From: Alphaproteobacteria bacterium
Lineage (GTDB): Bacteria > Pseudomonadota > Alphaproteobacteria > BNTO01
Assembly: GCA_041200185.1 (NCBI GenBank)
Contig: CP165730.1
Span: 304,749 to 336,748, forward strand
DNA: 32,000 bases
Direction of reading: 5' to 3'
Within the stretch, counting starts at the first letter, position 1. Each line of letters starts with the position of its first letter. Made by a program: the position numbers and the translations under genes. Shown here piece by piece: positions 1 to 8,535 of the stretch. The notes beneath the pieces were generated by a model, which did not search any database, was not told the DNA's origin, and saw only the letters and a program-made list of their open reading frames with translations.

Positions 1-68
1 CCGAGGCAAGTCTTGTCGTGGCAAAATGGGGGACGAGGTTTGAGAGTGGCGGATTGGGCCAAAGGAAA

Positions 69-827
69 ATGTCAGGACACTCGCAATTCAAGAATATTAT
101 GTACCGAAAAGGCGCGCAGGATGCTAAGCGCGCCAAGACGTTTGCTAAACTCGGGAGGGAGATTTTGGTGGCAGCCAAGATGGGCGGCGTCGATCCTCAA
201 TCTAATCCGCGTCTCCGAACAGCCTTGGCTGCAGCTCGAGCCGAGAATATGCCAAAGGACAATATCGATCGCATCCTGAAAAAAGCTTCAAGCGTGGATG
301 ATACAGAGTCTTATGAGGAGGTTCGTTTCGAAGGGTTTGGCGTTGGAGGTGTAGCCGTCATCGTCGAGGCGCTGACAGATAACCGTAATAGGACCGTCCC
401 GGAGGTAAGGTCGACTTTTTCGAAACACGGAGGCAACCTTGGGGACGTTGGAAGTGTGAGTTTTATGTTTGAGCGAGTAGGGCAGCTCCTTTTTCCCAAG
501 GAAATGACCACATTGGACACCTTGTTTGAAAAGGCAGCTGACGCTGGTGCAGACAACGTTGAAGAAATGGGGGAGTTTTTTGAGGTTTCCTGTACTCAGG
601 ACGTTTTTGGGCAGGTGCGGGACGCCCTTACGGAGTCTGTGGGAACACCTGCTGAAATGGGAGTTGTTTGGAATCCTTTGAATACGATCGATTGTGATTT
701 GGATACGACAAGGACAATTCTGAAGATGGTCAACGTTCTCGAGGATAACGACGACGTCCAAAAGGTGTTTACTAACCTGTCGTGCAGTGCGGATGTCCAG
801 GCGCAAATTGACGCTGAATTTGCCTGA
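69..827 (+). CDS. yebC: YebC/PmpR family DNA-binding transcriptional regulator
   Basis: ORF 18..827. The family-typical N-terminus MSGHSQFKNIMYRKG starts at ATG 69, preceded by AAGGA at 62-66. The GTG-18 extension looks spurious. Confidence 0.85.
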   Translation: MSGHSQFKNIMYRKGAQDAKRAKTFAKLGREILVAAKMGGVDPQSNPRLRTALAAARAENMPKDNIDRILKKASSVDDTESYEEVRFEGFGVGGVAVIVEALTDNRNRTVPEVRSTFSKHGGNLGDVGSVSFMFERVGQLLFPKEMTTLDTLFEKAADAGADNVEEMGEFFEVSCTQDVFGQVRDALTESVGTPAEMGVVWNPLNTIDCDLDTTRTILKMVNVLEDNDDVQKVFTNLSCSADVQAQIDAEFA

Positions 828-852
828 AGGCGGTAGCCCGGAGGTCGTTACT

Positions 853-2076
853 GTGATCCTTTCGCCAACGAGGAACCTCCTTGCGTTGGTGGGGATTTCG
901 TTTTTTTCGACCTTCGCAACAATGATGGTGTCGAGTGTCCTTCCGGCTTTCTTCACTCAAACCTTAAAACTGACGCCCATCCAAATGGGAAAGATCGAAG
1001 GAGCAGCCGTTCTGACAGCTTATTTATCAAAGTTTTTTGCGGGAATTTTTTCCGATCATTTGCGAAAAAGAAAATGTATTTTGGTGTGGGGAACAGCGTT
1101 AAGCGTTCTCTCTAAGGCTTGTTTTGCCCTAGCTACAGGCTTTTTATCCGTCTTTCTTGTACAGGTTGGTGACCGTTTGGCTAAAGGGCTGCGTTCTTGC
1201 CCGGCCGATGCGATGATCGCAGATCTAACATCGATGGGAGGGATGTCGTCGCGGCAGTACTACAATCTAAAGCATGTTGCGATGTTGTCTGGAAGCGTGG
1301 TAGGGGCAATCGTAACGCGTACGGTTCTTTCCTCCCACTTTTTCACACACGTCTTGGGTGGGTCTTATAAATTCATATTTGCACTCGCGACCCTCCCTTG
1401 CTTGTGTGCTTTTTTCTTAGCAAGCCGAGCTCTTCAAGAGGCAACCTCAGTAGAGCCGCAAGAAGAAAAACAGCCTTCTCTTCCCTTTTGGCGGTCACTG
1501 AAGTCACTGTCTTTTCCCTTCTTTTGCATATTATTGGTTTGTTTTTTACTGATGTTTGCTCGTTTTAGTATATCCTTTGTTGGAAGGCGAGCTTTGGATA
1601 TAGGAATCCAGCCAAAAGATTGGGCTGTACTGACGGTTATGTACGATAGCTGTGCAGTCATGATAGCCCTCCTGTGTTGCTTGTGGCGAGGTTGGAATAA
1701 TGGAATCAAGATCTTCAAACTAGCTGTCATTTGTCATATAGGAGCTCACACTTTGTTTTTCTTAGCCATATCCCCGTTGACCTTTACGTTGGGAACTATT
1801 CTGGCTGGGGTGTTCTTGGGAGCTTCACAAGGCGTCGTCCTCTCTTTTGTAGCAGGATCCGTTCCTAAAGAATGCCGTGCAACAGCCTTTGCCCTTTACT
1901 ACCTTGTCGTCGGGTTCGGAGGGCTGTTAAGTAACCGTTTAGCAGGGAGAATGTGCGAAATTCTCCACTCCTCATCGGGTGCTTTTTTAGGAGGTTGTGT
2001 TTTTAGCATTCTGACCCTCTGGTTTTTTTCTCTCCTCATAAAACCCAAAGCTGACACTGATCATCCTCAAATCTGA
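853..2076 (+). CDS. MFS transporter
   Basis: ORF 787..2076 has many hydrophobic segments and an MFS motif-A-like loop (GIFSDHLRKRKCIL). GGAGG at 840-844 lies 8 nt upstream of GTG 853, which removes the overlap with yebC. The start remains uncertain. Confidence 0.75.
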   Translation: MILSPTRNLLALVGISFFSTFATMMVSSVLPAFFTQTLKLTPIQMGKIEGAAVLTAYLSKFFAGIFSDHLRKRKCILVWGTALSVLSKACFALATGFLSVFLVQVGDRLAKGLRSCPADAMIADLTSMGGMSSRQYYNLKHVAMLSGSVVGAIVTRTVLSSHFFTHVLGGSYKFIFALATLPCLCAFFLASRALQEATSVEPQEEKQPSLPFWRSLKSLSFPFFCILLVCFLLMFARFSISFVGRRALDIGIQPKDWAVLTVMYDSCAVMIALLCCLWRGWNNGIKIFKLAVICHIGAHTLFFLAISPLTFTLGTILAGVFLGASQGVVLSFVAGSVPKECRATAFALYYLVVGFGGLLSNRLAGRMCEILHSSSGAFLGGCVFSILTLWFFSLLIKPKADTDHPQI

Positions 2077-2477
2077 GGAACCCCTCTTCGTGAATTTGAA
2101 TGGTGTGCCATTGTCGATCTTCTCCTTGGTAGGTAACGCACGGAGGAAGGATGGCAGCACAGTAAGACTCGTGGCCGGGGCGAATTTCAACGCGTCCTCT
2201 CGCTGTTGAGAGGCCCAAACCACGGATATTACCGATGTTTTCATCGTCCTGCCGGAGGTGCCGAATCTTAAGCGAGATCATGTCAGAAAACCGTTACGAA
2301 GGACGACTACTCACATTATAAACGAATTCACCTATATGTAGCAAAGGTGGTACATCCGCGCTTAACTAAGTATTAATGTCGACTTTGTACAAAGAAAAAG
2401 GAGTCCATAACAAGTCAGTACAACCAACAGATCGTTTGGAATGTCTGATTCAATTTTGATTCAATAAGGAGGAATCT

Positions 2478-2852
2478 ATGAAAACTATCTTTAAATTAGC
2501 CGCTGCGTGCGTTTGCGTAGGGCTTATTTCACCAGGAGGAATGGAGGCGAGTTGCCCAAGTGGCCCTCATCCTGGGCGCCGCGTAGGGCCGCCACCTCAT
2601 CGAATGCACAAAGAACCACCGGCATGTCCAAGTTGCGGTTACAAAGGGGCGCCAAAATGTGGAGGATGTGGCACAACATTCGCTCCACCGCAAGGGAAAT
2701 ACCATCCTAAGGGACCTAGAGGAGCGCACAAAGAGCCACCAGTTTGTCCAAACTGTGGGCACAAGGGACCACTAGCGTGCGGGAAATGCGGCAATCCTCT
2801 CCCTCCACCAGACAGGGCGAAGCGTCATTGTCAGACGCAAAGTCATGTATAA
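2478..2852 (+). CDS. exported cysteine-rich protein with two tandem CxxC-x7-CxxC repeats (orphan)
   Basis: AAGGAGG at 2466-2472 lies 5 nt before the ATG. The N-terminus MKTIFKLAAACVCVGLISPGGMEA looks like a signal peptide. There is an internal repeat, HKEPPaCPsCGyKG...CGgCG (nt 2607-2690) and HKEPPvCPnCGhKG...CGkCG (nt 2727-2810). Confidence 0.6.
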   Translation: MKTIFKLAAACVCVGLISPGGMEASCPSGPHPGRRVGPPPHRMHKEPPACPSCGYKGAPKCGGCGTTFAPPQGKYHPKGPRGAHKEPPVCPNCGHKGPLACGKCGNPLPPPDRAKRHCQTQSHV

Positions 2853-2899
2853 ATAGTTTTGATACTTGAATTAATTTTTTGATCTTGGAGGAAGATTTT

Positions 2900-3337
2900 A
2901 TGAAGAAAATATTTTTAGCAACATTGATATCGATAACAACCTCAACGTCGTTGATGGCGTCGGAGGAACAACATTCGCAAGGGTCCAGGAATACACCGGG
3001 ACAGAACGTCCAGCAAGAGAGTGCGCAACAAGGAGATTCACAACAAGAAGAGAATTATTCGCTTGATGATTATCTCCTATATATCTACGAAGGGCTCGGA
3101 TACGCGGGATACTATGCTCTCGATGAAGTATTATGGTATTGCCGCTATTTGGTTCCTGATGAAGATAGCCGAGAAATATTCCCGACAAAACAACTTGAAT
3201 TAGCAAAAGAGCTAAAAGAAGAAGACAGAGAACTTCTCAAAAAGGCTATAAAAGCTATTCATGAGCTATTTGAAGTAGAAGAAAAAATTGCAGCCAGACA
3301 TGGTTATAACGTGCAACAACAAGAACAGACGGAATAA
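2900..3337 (+). CDS. exported hypothetical protein (Q/E-rich, then aromatic-rich)
   Basis: ORF 2879..3337. GGAGG precedes ATG 2900 and the N-terminus MKKIFLATLISITTSTSLMA is signal-peptide-like. No terminator is visible after the upstream gene, so the two are probably co-transcribed. Confidence 0.5.
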   Translation: MKKIFLATLISITTSTSLMASEEQHSQGSRNTPGQNVQQESAQQGDSQQEENYSLDDYLLYIYEGLGYAGYYALDEVLWYCRYLVPDEDSREIFPTKQLELAKELKEEDRELLKKAIKAIHELFEVEEKIAARHGYNVQQQEQTE

Positions 3338-3479
3338 TGTTAAATCCATCAAAATATCTATGGCTTCTAGCTGTAGACATTTTGATGCATTGTTGCCGCT
3401 TAGTAAGCCGGTTCTGAGAGCATTAAAGGCTCCCAACACTGGGCCCAAGTTGGATCCATTAAACCGACGAAGCTCAACT

Positions 3480-3689
3480 TTAGCGTTCTGCGGTGACAAT
3501 GGATTGAGCGCAAAAACGTATGAGGTGAAACTCCACAACGGCTTCATCGATACCAGTCAGATGTCCAGAACCTAAGTCTGCTGCTGTTGTATAAGCCACA
3601 GGCACAGCTAGTCCCCAAACTTCACAACTCGACACGCTGCACAGCATGCCGGTTACCAACATGAATGTCTTTCTACCCCATTGAAACAT
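3480..3689 (-). CDS. putative small lipoprotein (hypothetical)
   Basis: AGAGAGGA lies 5 nt upstream of ATG 3689. The N-terminus MFQWGRKTFMLVTGMLCSVSS|C fits a lipobox (V-S-S-C). The ORF is only 69 aa and I recognise no homology. Confidence 0.3.
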   Translation of the reverse strand: MFQWGRKTFMLVTGMLCSVSSCEVWGLAVPVAYTTAADLGSGHLTGIDEAVVEFHLIRFCAQSIVTAER

Positions 3690-3895
3690 GAGTTCCTCTC
3701 TAACTTGAAGGCTCTGTTGTCGCTAAATGGGAATCGCCAGTTCCCTCTGGCTCAGACTTATCGTTTTGAGGTAGGAAGACCACCATCTCCTTTAGGTTCG
3801 TAGTCAACATCTGGCAGAGAAGATATGGAACTACCGCAATCATCAACGATAAAATAATGGTTTCCTTCGCTTCTCCTGGTTAACATTAAGAATTT

Positions 3896-4102
3896 TCAAC
3901 CGCAGAGTTTTTCCCAGTTTTTGTTGAATTCAGACATACTCTGTTTTTGATGAGCTAACACCTCAGCCATTTTGCTTTCATCAACGTTATTACCATCCGG
4001 GGTAATTCTCACACTTGCTTGCAGTACTCCCGTAGCTATGCAAGGCACAAACCAAAGGACCAACAATATAATGCATGAATGACTACCATTGATAAGAACC
4101 AA
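3896..4102 (-). CDS. small hypothetical protein with signal-peptide-like N-terminus
   Basis: 68-aa ORF with a TTG start and a weak SD. The hydrophobic stretch CIILLVLWFVPCIATGVLQA|S resembles a signal peptide. Support is weak. Confidence 0.2.
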   Translation of the reverse strand: MVLINGSHSCIILLVLWFVPCIATGVLQASVRITPDGNNVDESKMAEVLAHQKQSMSEFNKNWEKLCG

Positions 4103-4335
4103 GCATTCACAGCGTCCTAATTAGGATTGAACTCGTTGTCAAACGCAGGTTTCAACCCTTAACATATACTCGTTAATTATTTATTCTTTTAATACAACTC
4201 TACATTACGAAATAGCGTGTATTTATGGCAGTAGGATCTTTCAAATCGATTCGACCTTTGTACAGGAGAGCGCCATTCGGATCGGGGTTTGGAGCTATGA
4301 AGACGGCTTGAAGGCTCAGCTCGAAGATGATCGTT

Positions 4336-4957
4336 TTAGCGGGAGCGCTTCCCCAAAGTTAATGGACAGGTGGTTAATATCCGCCTGGCCTCGTAGAGAG
4401 AGACCGAGGGAGCGTTAAGAGCCAGGTTAGGAGCTTTGACGTTATCAAGAATGACGTCGGTGAGGGACTGAACGTGGAGCTCCGACGAATTTTTGGCAGT
4501 CTGGTTGATTTTGACCTTACCGTCCCAGGAAATTTCAACAGACGTGCCATCTCCCAAATCGATAAGTTTCTTCTCTTCGAGGAGATCATGAAGAACTAAA
4601 GGTTGCTTCAAGCGCTGCTGGATCTCAGCTTCGGACTTTTTCAGAAGTTCCTGAAGGGCGAGGAAAGGCGTAAAGGCCACGGAGATGACGGTTTGGGCCG
4701 TCTCAGCCACGGTCGCCCATCACGTTGACAGTCCAAGAGAGGTGAGAGAGAGCCGTTAACTCTGTCAGAGCCCGTTGAAGATCCTGCTCTTGTTGGATTT
4801 GGAGCTACCGATAGGCGAGGAGCTGAGAAGCGGGGACAGGCAAAGAGGACTCTGCTGGAAGAACGGAGAGGTCAATCACTTGCGTAACGGCCCACACAGA
4901 CGACTGGATCTGGAGATGGAGGAAACTGCCCATCAGGAGTCGGCTGATGCCTGACAT
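4336..4957 (-). pseudogene. decayed gene of unknown function (three same-strand ORF fragments)
   Basis: Reading from ATG 4957 gives 50 codons up to an in-frame TAG (4805-4807). The same frame then continues for 33 codons (LQIQQEQDLQRALTELTAL...) to a TGA at 4703-4705. The 124-aa ORF 4336..4710 follows in a shifted frame and contains no methionine codon at all. Confidence 0.3.
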
Positions 4958-5355
4958 AACGGTTTTAGAGAACACTTGGCCTCCTTATTCGAGGTGCTCA
5001 CGGGTTCTAAAGGCGACGTAGAGGCTCCGAACCCAGAAGTCAAGAAAAATGAACAACGGGGCCTCCGCCTTTTTGCGACCCCAAAAAAACATCTACATCG
5101 TTCGTCGCAGAAAAATCGGATTTGCCTCATATTTAGGAAGAGTTTTATCAAGTATTACAGGCAAAAAAGCCCTTCTTGGACACCAAGGACCAAGATACCA
5201 ATGTAGGTGTTTTCATAATTTTTGGCATTTTTAGGGGCGATTTTTGTCATCTAAAATCCCTTTTATTGTCCAGCTTAAAACGTGCAGAAGCCCATAGAAC
5301 ATAGGGATTTGAGACTTGTTTGAATCATTCTCGGATTGGTTAAACTTCCCGAACT

Positions 5356-5447
5356 TGGCGGAGAGAGGGGGATTCGAACCCCCGATACGGTCACCCGTAT
5401 ACACACTTTCCAGGCGTGCGCCTTCAACCACTCGGCCATCTCTCCAG
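5356..5447 (-). tRNA. tRNA-Ser (anticodon GGA), CCA encoded
   Basis: The reverse complement reads GGAGAGATGGCCGAGTGGTTGAAGGCGCACGCCTGGAAAGTGTGTATACGGGTGACCGTATCGGGGGTTCGAATCCCCCTCTCTCCGCCA. It has a 7-bp acceptor stem, anticodon loop CTGGAAA, a long variable arm (ATACGG/CCGTAT) and a GGGGG-TTCGAAT-CCCCC T arm. Confidence 0.92.
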
Positions 5448-5474
5448 GGCACATCCCCCATTCTACAAAGACGG

Positions 5475-6521
5475 TTAAATGGCGTCAACTGACGCGGCAT
5501 CACGCCACCATTCCTGAAGTTTAGGCTCGGAGCCAACTTCGTAAGGTTCTCCAATCTTGGGAACCGTTACTTTTATTCCTTCTTTAAGCCGCATCAAGCG
5601 CTGAATCGGCTGATTCCACGCGTGATCACTCAGGCAAAATCGCCCCCAATGGACAGGAAAAAGCATCTTGGCCTTTAGATCTTGGACTGCTTGCAACGTC
5701 TGCTCGGGGAACGAATGATTTTGTGGCCAATTAGCATTGTATTGGCCATTTTCTAGGAACGCGAGATCAAAAGGTCCAAACCTCTGGCCAATGTCCTGGA
5801 AGTGCTCTCCGTAGCCGCTATCGCCTCCAAAGTACAAATTTGAGGCCGCTACTGTTACGACATACGAAGCCCATAAGGTTCTCTTTAACAAAGGGCTCCT
5901 ACCAGACATATGTAAGGCGGGTGTTGCTGTTATCAACATTCCTTCCATTCCTCGGTATGAATCGTACCAACCCAACTCCACAATTTTTTCGTCTGGGTAT
6001 CCCCAATAACGAAGATGAGATCCAACACCCAGAGGAACAACCACTTTGCAGACTTTATCTTTTAATGCCACGACTGTAGACGCATCCAGATGATCATAAT
6101 GATCATGCGTCACGAGAAGGATATCAATTTTTGGAAAATCCTCCGGCGTATACAGATTCGTGCCTGGAAACGCTGGCACAGCACCTGGAAAAGGGGCTGC
6201 ATAATCGCTTAAAACTGGATCCACTAAAACCGTTCGCTGGAGCGTCTTCAAAAAAATTGAGGAATGCCCTAACCAAACAACTGCCACACCCTCCGAAGTT
6301 AATGCCTTTAAATCTGTTTTAACGACTGGAACGTGCACTGGCGAAGTGGCAACCCGCCGAAACAGCAACTTCCTTCCTGTCCTCAGGATAGCCTTCTTAC
6401 TAATACGCACAGGCCTACTGTGGAGGTTATCAAAATGCCGGCCATCAAAATAATCCAACCCATGAAAGGCATGCCGTTCACGCCGACTTGGCACCTTCCC
6501 CATGGCCTTCCAAAAATTCAT
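5475..6521 (-). CDS. MBL-fold metallo-hydrolase
   Basis: ORF 5475..6635 carries the HxHxDH motif (THDHYDHLD). ATG 6521 follows GAGGGG and lies just downstream of the rplQ terminator. The ORF-track start at 6635 overlaps rplQ. ATG 6503 is an alternative start. Confidence 0.8.
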   Translation of the reverse strand: MNFWKAMGKVPSRRERHAFHGLDYFDGRHFDNLHSRPVRISKKAILRTGRKLLFRRVATSPVHVPVVKTDLKALTSEGVAVVWLGHSSIFLKTLQRTVLVDPVLSDYAAPFPGAVPAFPGTNLYTPEDFPKIDILLVTHDHYDHLDASTVVALKDKVCKVVVPLGVGSHLRYWGYPDEKIVELGWYDSYRGMEGMLITATPALHMSGRSPLLKRTLWASYVVTVAASNLYFGGDSGYGEHFQDIGQRFGPFDLAFLENGQYNANWPQNHSFPEQTLQAVQDLKAKMLFPVHWGRFCLSDHAWNQPIQRLMRLKEGIKVTVPKIGEPYEVGSEPKLQEWWRDAASVDAI

Positions 6522-6530
6522 ATCCCCTCT

Positions 6531-6565
6531 AAAAAAAGACGCTGCCTTGCTCAGCAAAACAGCGC
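6531..6565 (-). terminator. rho-independent terminator after rplQ (end of alpha operon)
   Basis: The minus-strand RNA reads GCGCUGUUUUGC-UGA-GCAAGGCAGCG followed by UCUUUUUUU. That gives a stem of about 11 bp (including G-U pairs), a 3-nt loop and a U-tract. Confidence 0.55.
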
Positions 6566-6585
6566 CAACAAATCCGTATTGCTTT

Positions 6586-7008
6586 TTAGTTCTTCGGCGC
6601 TTCCTCACCTTTGCTAGCACCCGAAGGATCAGCATCTACAAAACCAATCACCGCCATGGGGGCATTGTCCCCGTAGCGGAAGCCCGCCTTAACAATCCGC
6701 AGATACCCACCGGGACGGTCCTTAAAGCGTTCCGCCAACGACGTCAAAACCTTTGATGTTGTCTCTTGACATCCAACCTTCACCAAAGTCTGACGACGGA
6801 GATGCAGTCTCTCTGCATCGGACGATGCTTTCTGATACCGCTTTCCAAGTGTCACAACTTTTTCGACGAGAGGGCGAAGCTCCTTAGCCTTAGGTAGAGT
6901 CGTCTTAACCGTTTCGTGCTTCAGCAAGGAACAGATCATATTCTTAAACATCGCCTGACGATGCTCTGAAGTTCGATTTAATCTCCGATGTGCAAAACCG
7001 TGCCGCAT
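6586..7008 (-). CDS. rplQ: 50S ribosomal protein L17
   Basis: [24 protein letters not shown]... matches L17, and the gene is last in the alpha operon. Confidence 0.95.
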   Translation of the reverse strand: MRHGFAHRRLNRTSEHRQAMFKNMICSLLKHETVKTTLPKAKELRPLVEKVVTLGKRYQKASSDAERLHLRRQTLVKVGCQETTSKVLTSLAERFKDRPGGYLRIVKAGFRYGDNAPMAVIGFVDADPSGASKGEEAPKN

Positions 7009-7047
7009 AACAACCTCTTCAACTTCACAAGGGCGTCCCGCCCCACC

Positions 7048-8085
7048 CTAAAACTCACCAAACGGATTTTCGTTCCGCTTCGCTAACTCCTCAATATTCT
7101 CCGGTGGCCACCCTGCCACGTTCATACCCAAACCAAGTCCGAGTTGCGACAAGACCTCCTTAATCTCCGTCAAAGACTTGCGCCCAAAGTTTGGTGTCTT
7201 CAACATCTCTGGCTCCGTCTTTTGGACAAGGTCGCCAATATAGATAATATTCTCGCTCTTTAGGCAATTCGCTGAACGAACCGACAACTCCAAATCATCC
7301 ACCTTGCGTAACAGGTTCCGGTTAAACGGCAACTTATCTCTATCAGCCCGCGAACCCGCCAAAGTCGGCTCATCGAAATTGATGAACTGTTGCATCTGGT
7401 CAACCAAGATACGAGCCGCATAAGCCAAAGCATCGTCCGGTTTCACAGACCCATCAGTCTCAATGGTCATCGTTAATTTGTCGTAATCCGTCCTCTGGCC
7501 GACACGCGTTGGCTCAACGTTGTAAACAACGCGACGAACTGGCGAGAAAAGAGCATCCATGGGGATCACGCCCAGAGCCTTTTGTGCCTCAGGGTCACGC
7601 GTTGCCTGGACAAATCCCTTACCAGATTCCACCATCAGCTCCATGTTCAGGGTCGTCCCCTCACCAACCGTGCAGACAACGGCATCGGGATCCAAAATCT
7701 CGACCCCCGTCACTACCTCGATATCGCTACCCCTTACTACCTTCGGGCCCGTCACTGAGATGTGAACTTTTTTGGGTAACTCCGATGTAAGCTTCACGCC
7801 AATATTCTTCAAGTTGAGGACGATATCCGTAACATCCTCCATCACACCTTTGATGGATGAAAACTCGTGCAGCACGCCTTCGATTTTCACTGAGACAAAG
7901 GCTGCACCCTGAAGCGATGACAACAAAACACGCCGCAAGGCATTTCCCAATGTCGTACCAAAACCACGCTCCAATGGCTCCGCTACAATCACCGCAGAGC
8001 GCATCGTCGCGTCAACGTACTGAACATCCAACTTCGAGGATTTAATCAATGACAACCAATTCTTATCAATCACGACCGACCTCAT
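7048..8085 (-). CDS. rpoA: DNA-directed RNA polymerase subunit alpha
   Basis: 345 aa with a conserved N-terminal domain and C-terminal domain ([19 protein letters not shown]...[18 protein letters not shown]). Confidence 0.97.
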   Translation of the reverse strand: MRSVVIDKNWLSLIKSSKLDVQYVDATMRSAVIVAEPLERGFGTTLGNALRRVLLSSLQGAAFVSVKIEGVLHEFSSIKGVMEDVTDIVLNLKNIGVKLTSELPKKVHISVTGPKVVRGSDIEVVTGVEILDPDAVVCTVGEGTTLNMELMVESGKGFVQATRDPEAQKALGVIPMDALFSPVRRVVYNVEPTRVGQRTDYDKLTMTIETDGSVKPDDALAYAARILVDQMQQFINFDEPTLAGSRADRDKLPFNRNLLRKVDDLELSVRSANCLKSENIIYIGDLVQKTEPEMLKTPNFGRKSLTEIKEVLSQLGLGLGMNVAGWPPENIEELAKRNENPFGEF

Positions 8086-8117
8086 TCACTCCCAAAACAG
8101 TTACCACCATCCCCCAA

Positions 8118-8510
8118 CTACACACGACGTCTCTTAGGTGGACGACAGCCGTTATGCGGGATGGGCGTCACATCAGAAATTGACGTCACTACAAATCCAA
8201 AACTCTGAAGAGCGCGCAAGGCCGTCTCGCGTCCTGATCCAGGCCCCTTAACAACAACACGCACATTTCTCACACCGTGCTCAGCCGCTTTCTTAGCCGC
8301 CAACTCTGCAGCAATCTGCGCAGCATACGGCGTCGACTTCCTCGAGCCTTTAAAACCAACCATCCCCGAAGATGCGGCCGCTACTACATTTCCCGCCTCG
8401 TCGGCCACCGTGACAATTGTATTATTAAACGACGCATTAATGTAAACCACAGCGTTTGGCACACTCTTACGATCTTTGCGACGCACTCTCACAGAATTAT
8501 TAACAGCCAT
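8118..8510 (-). CDS. rpsK: 30S ribosomal protein S11
   Basis: 130 aa, with ...[14 protein letters not shown]... and ...[13 protein letters not shown] at the C-terminus. Confidence 0.96.
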   Translation of the reverse strand: MAVNNSVRVRRKDRKSVPNAVVYINASFNNTIVTVADEAGNVVAAASSGMVGFKGSRKSTPYAAQIAAELAAKKAAEHGVRNVRVVVKGPGSGRETALRALQSFGFVVTSISDVTPIPHNGCRPPKRRRV

Positions 8511-8535
8511 ACAACACCTAAATCCAATAACCTAA

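Noticed and set aside
787-852. GTG 787 or ATG 793 as the MFS start, overlapping yebC by 41 nt.
   Set aside because: Neither has an SD. GGAGG lies 8 nt before GTG 853 and gives a typical MFS N-terminus with no overlap.
2036-2281. An 81-aa minus-strand ORF convergent with the MFS gene. Its ...ENIGNIRGLGLSTARGRVEIRPGHESYCAAILPPC... loosely resembles the MOSC-domain core (GENL..GL....G.RF.IG...L.V..PR.PC).
   Set aside because: There is no SD, an in-frame stop lies 5 codons upstream (so at best it is a fragment), it overlaps the MFS 3' end, and the similarity is from memory only. It might be a gene remnant but is not supportable without an HMM search against PF03473.
4146-4258. Partial matches to the tRNA-Ser T-arm/3' region (GGATTCGAACCCCC): GGTTTCAACCCT at about 4149 and GATTCGACC at about 4247. 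I considered these as att-site remnants.
   Set aside because: They are too short and too imperfect. No extended identity with tRNA positions 5356-5400 is visible by eye. A proper alignment is needed.
2369-4266. The shared motif CGAC(C)TTTGTACA at about 2371 and about 4250, including the 12-nt palindrome CTTTGTACAAAG at 2376-2387. I considered these as boundaries of a 1.9-kb cassette or as operator sites.
   Set aside because: Matches of 12-13 nt are expected by chance many times among all position pairs in a 32-kb window, and the second copy is not palindromic.
4933-5234. ORFs 4933..5151 (-), 4976..5206 (+) and 5049..5234 (+) next to the tRNA. I checked them as possible integrase remnants.
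   Set aside because: The translations are Arg/Lys/Phe-rich nonsense with no integrase-like motifs that I can recognise.
5231-5554. ORFs 5231..5554 (-) and 5336..5524 (+).
   Set aside because: Both read straight through the tRNA-Ser gene, so they are artefacts.
6522-6635. Upstream extension of the MBL hydrolase ORF to 6635.
   Set aside because: It overlaps the rplQ 3' end and reads through the rplQ terminator hairpin. The SD-supported ATG 6521 lies just past the U-tract.
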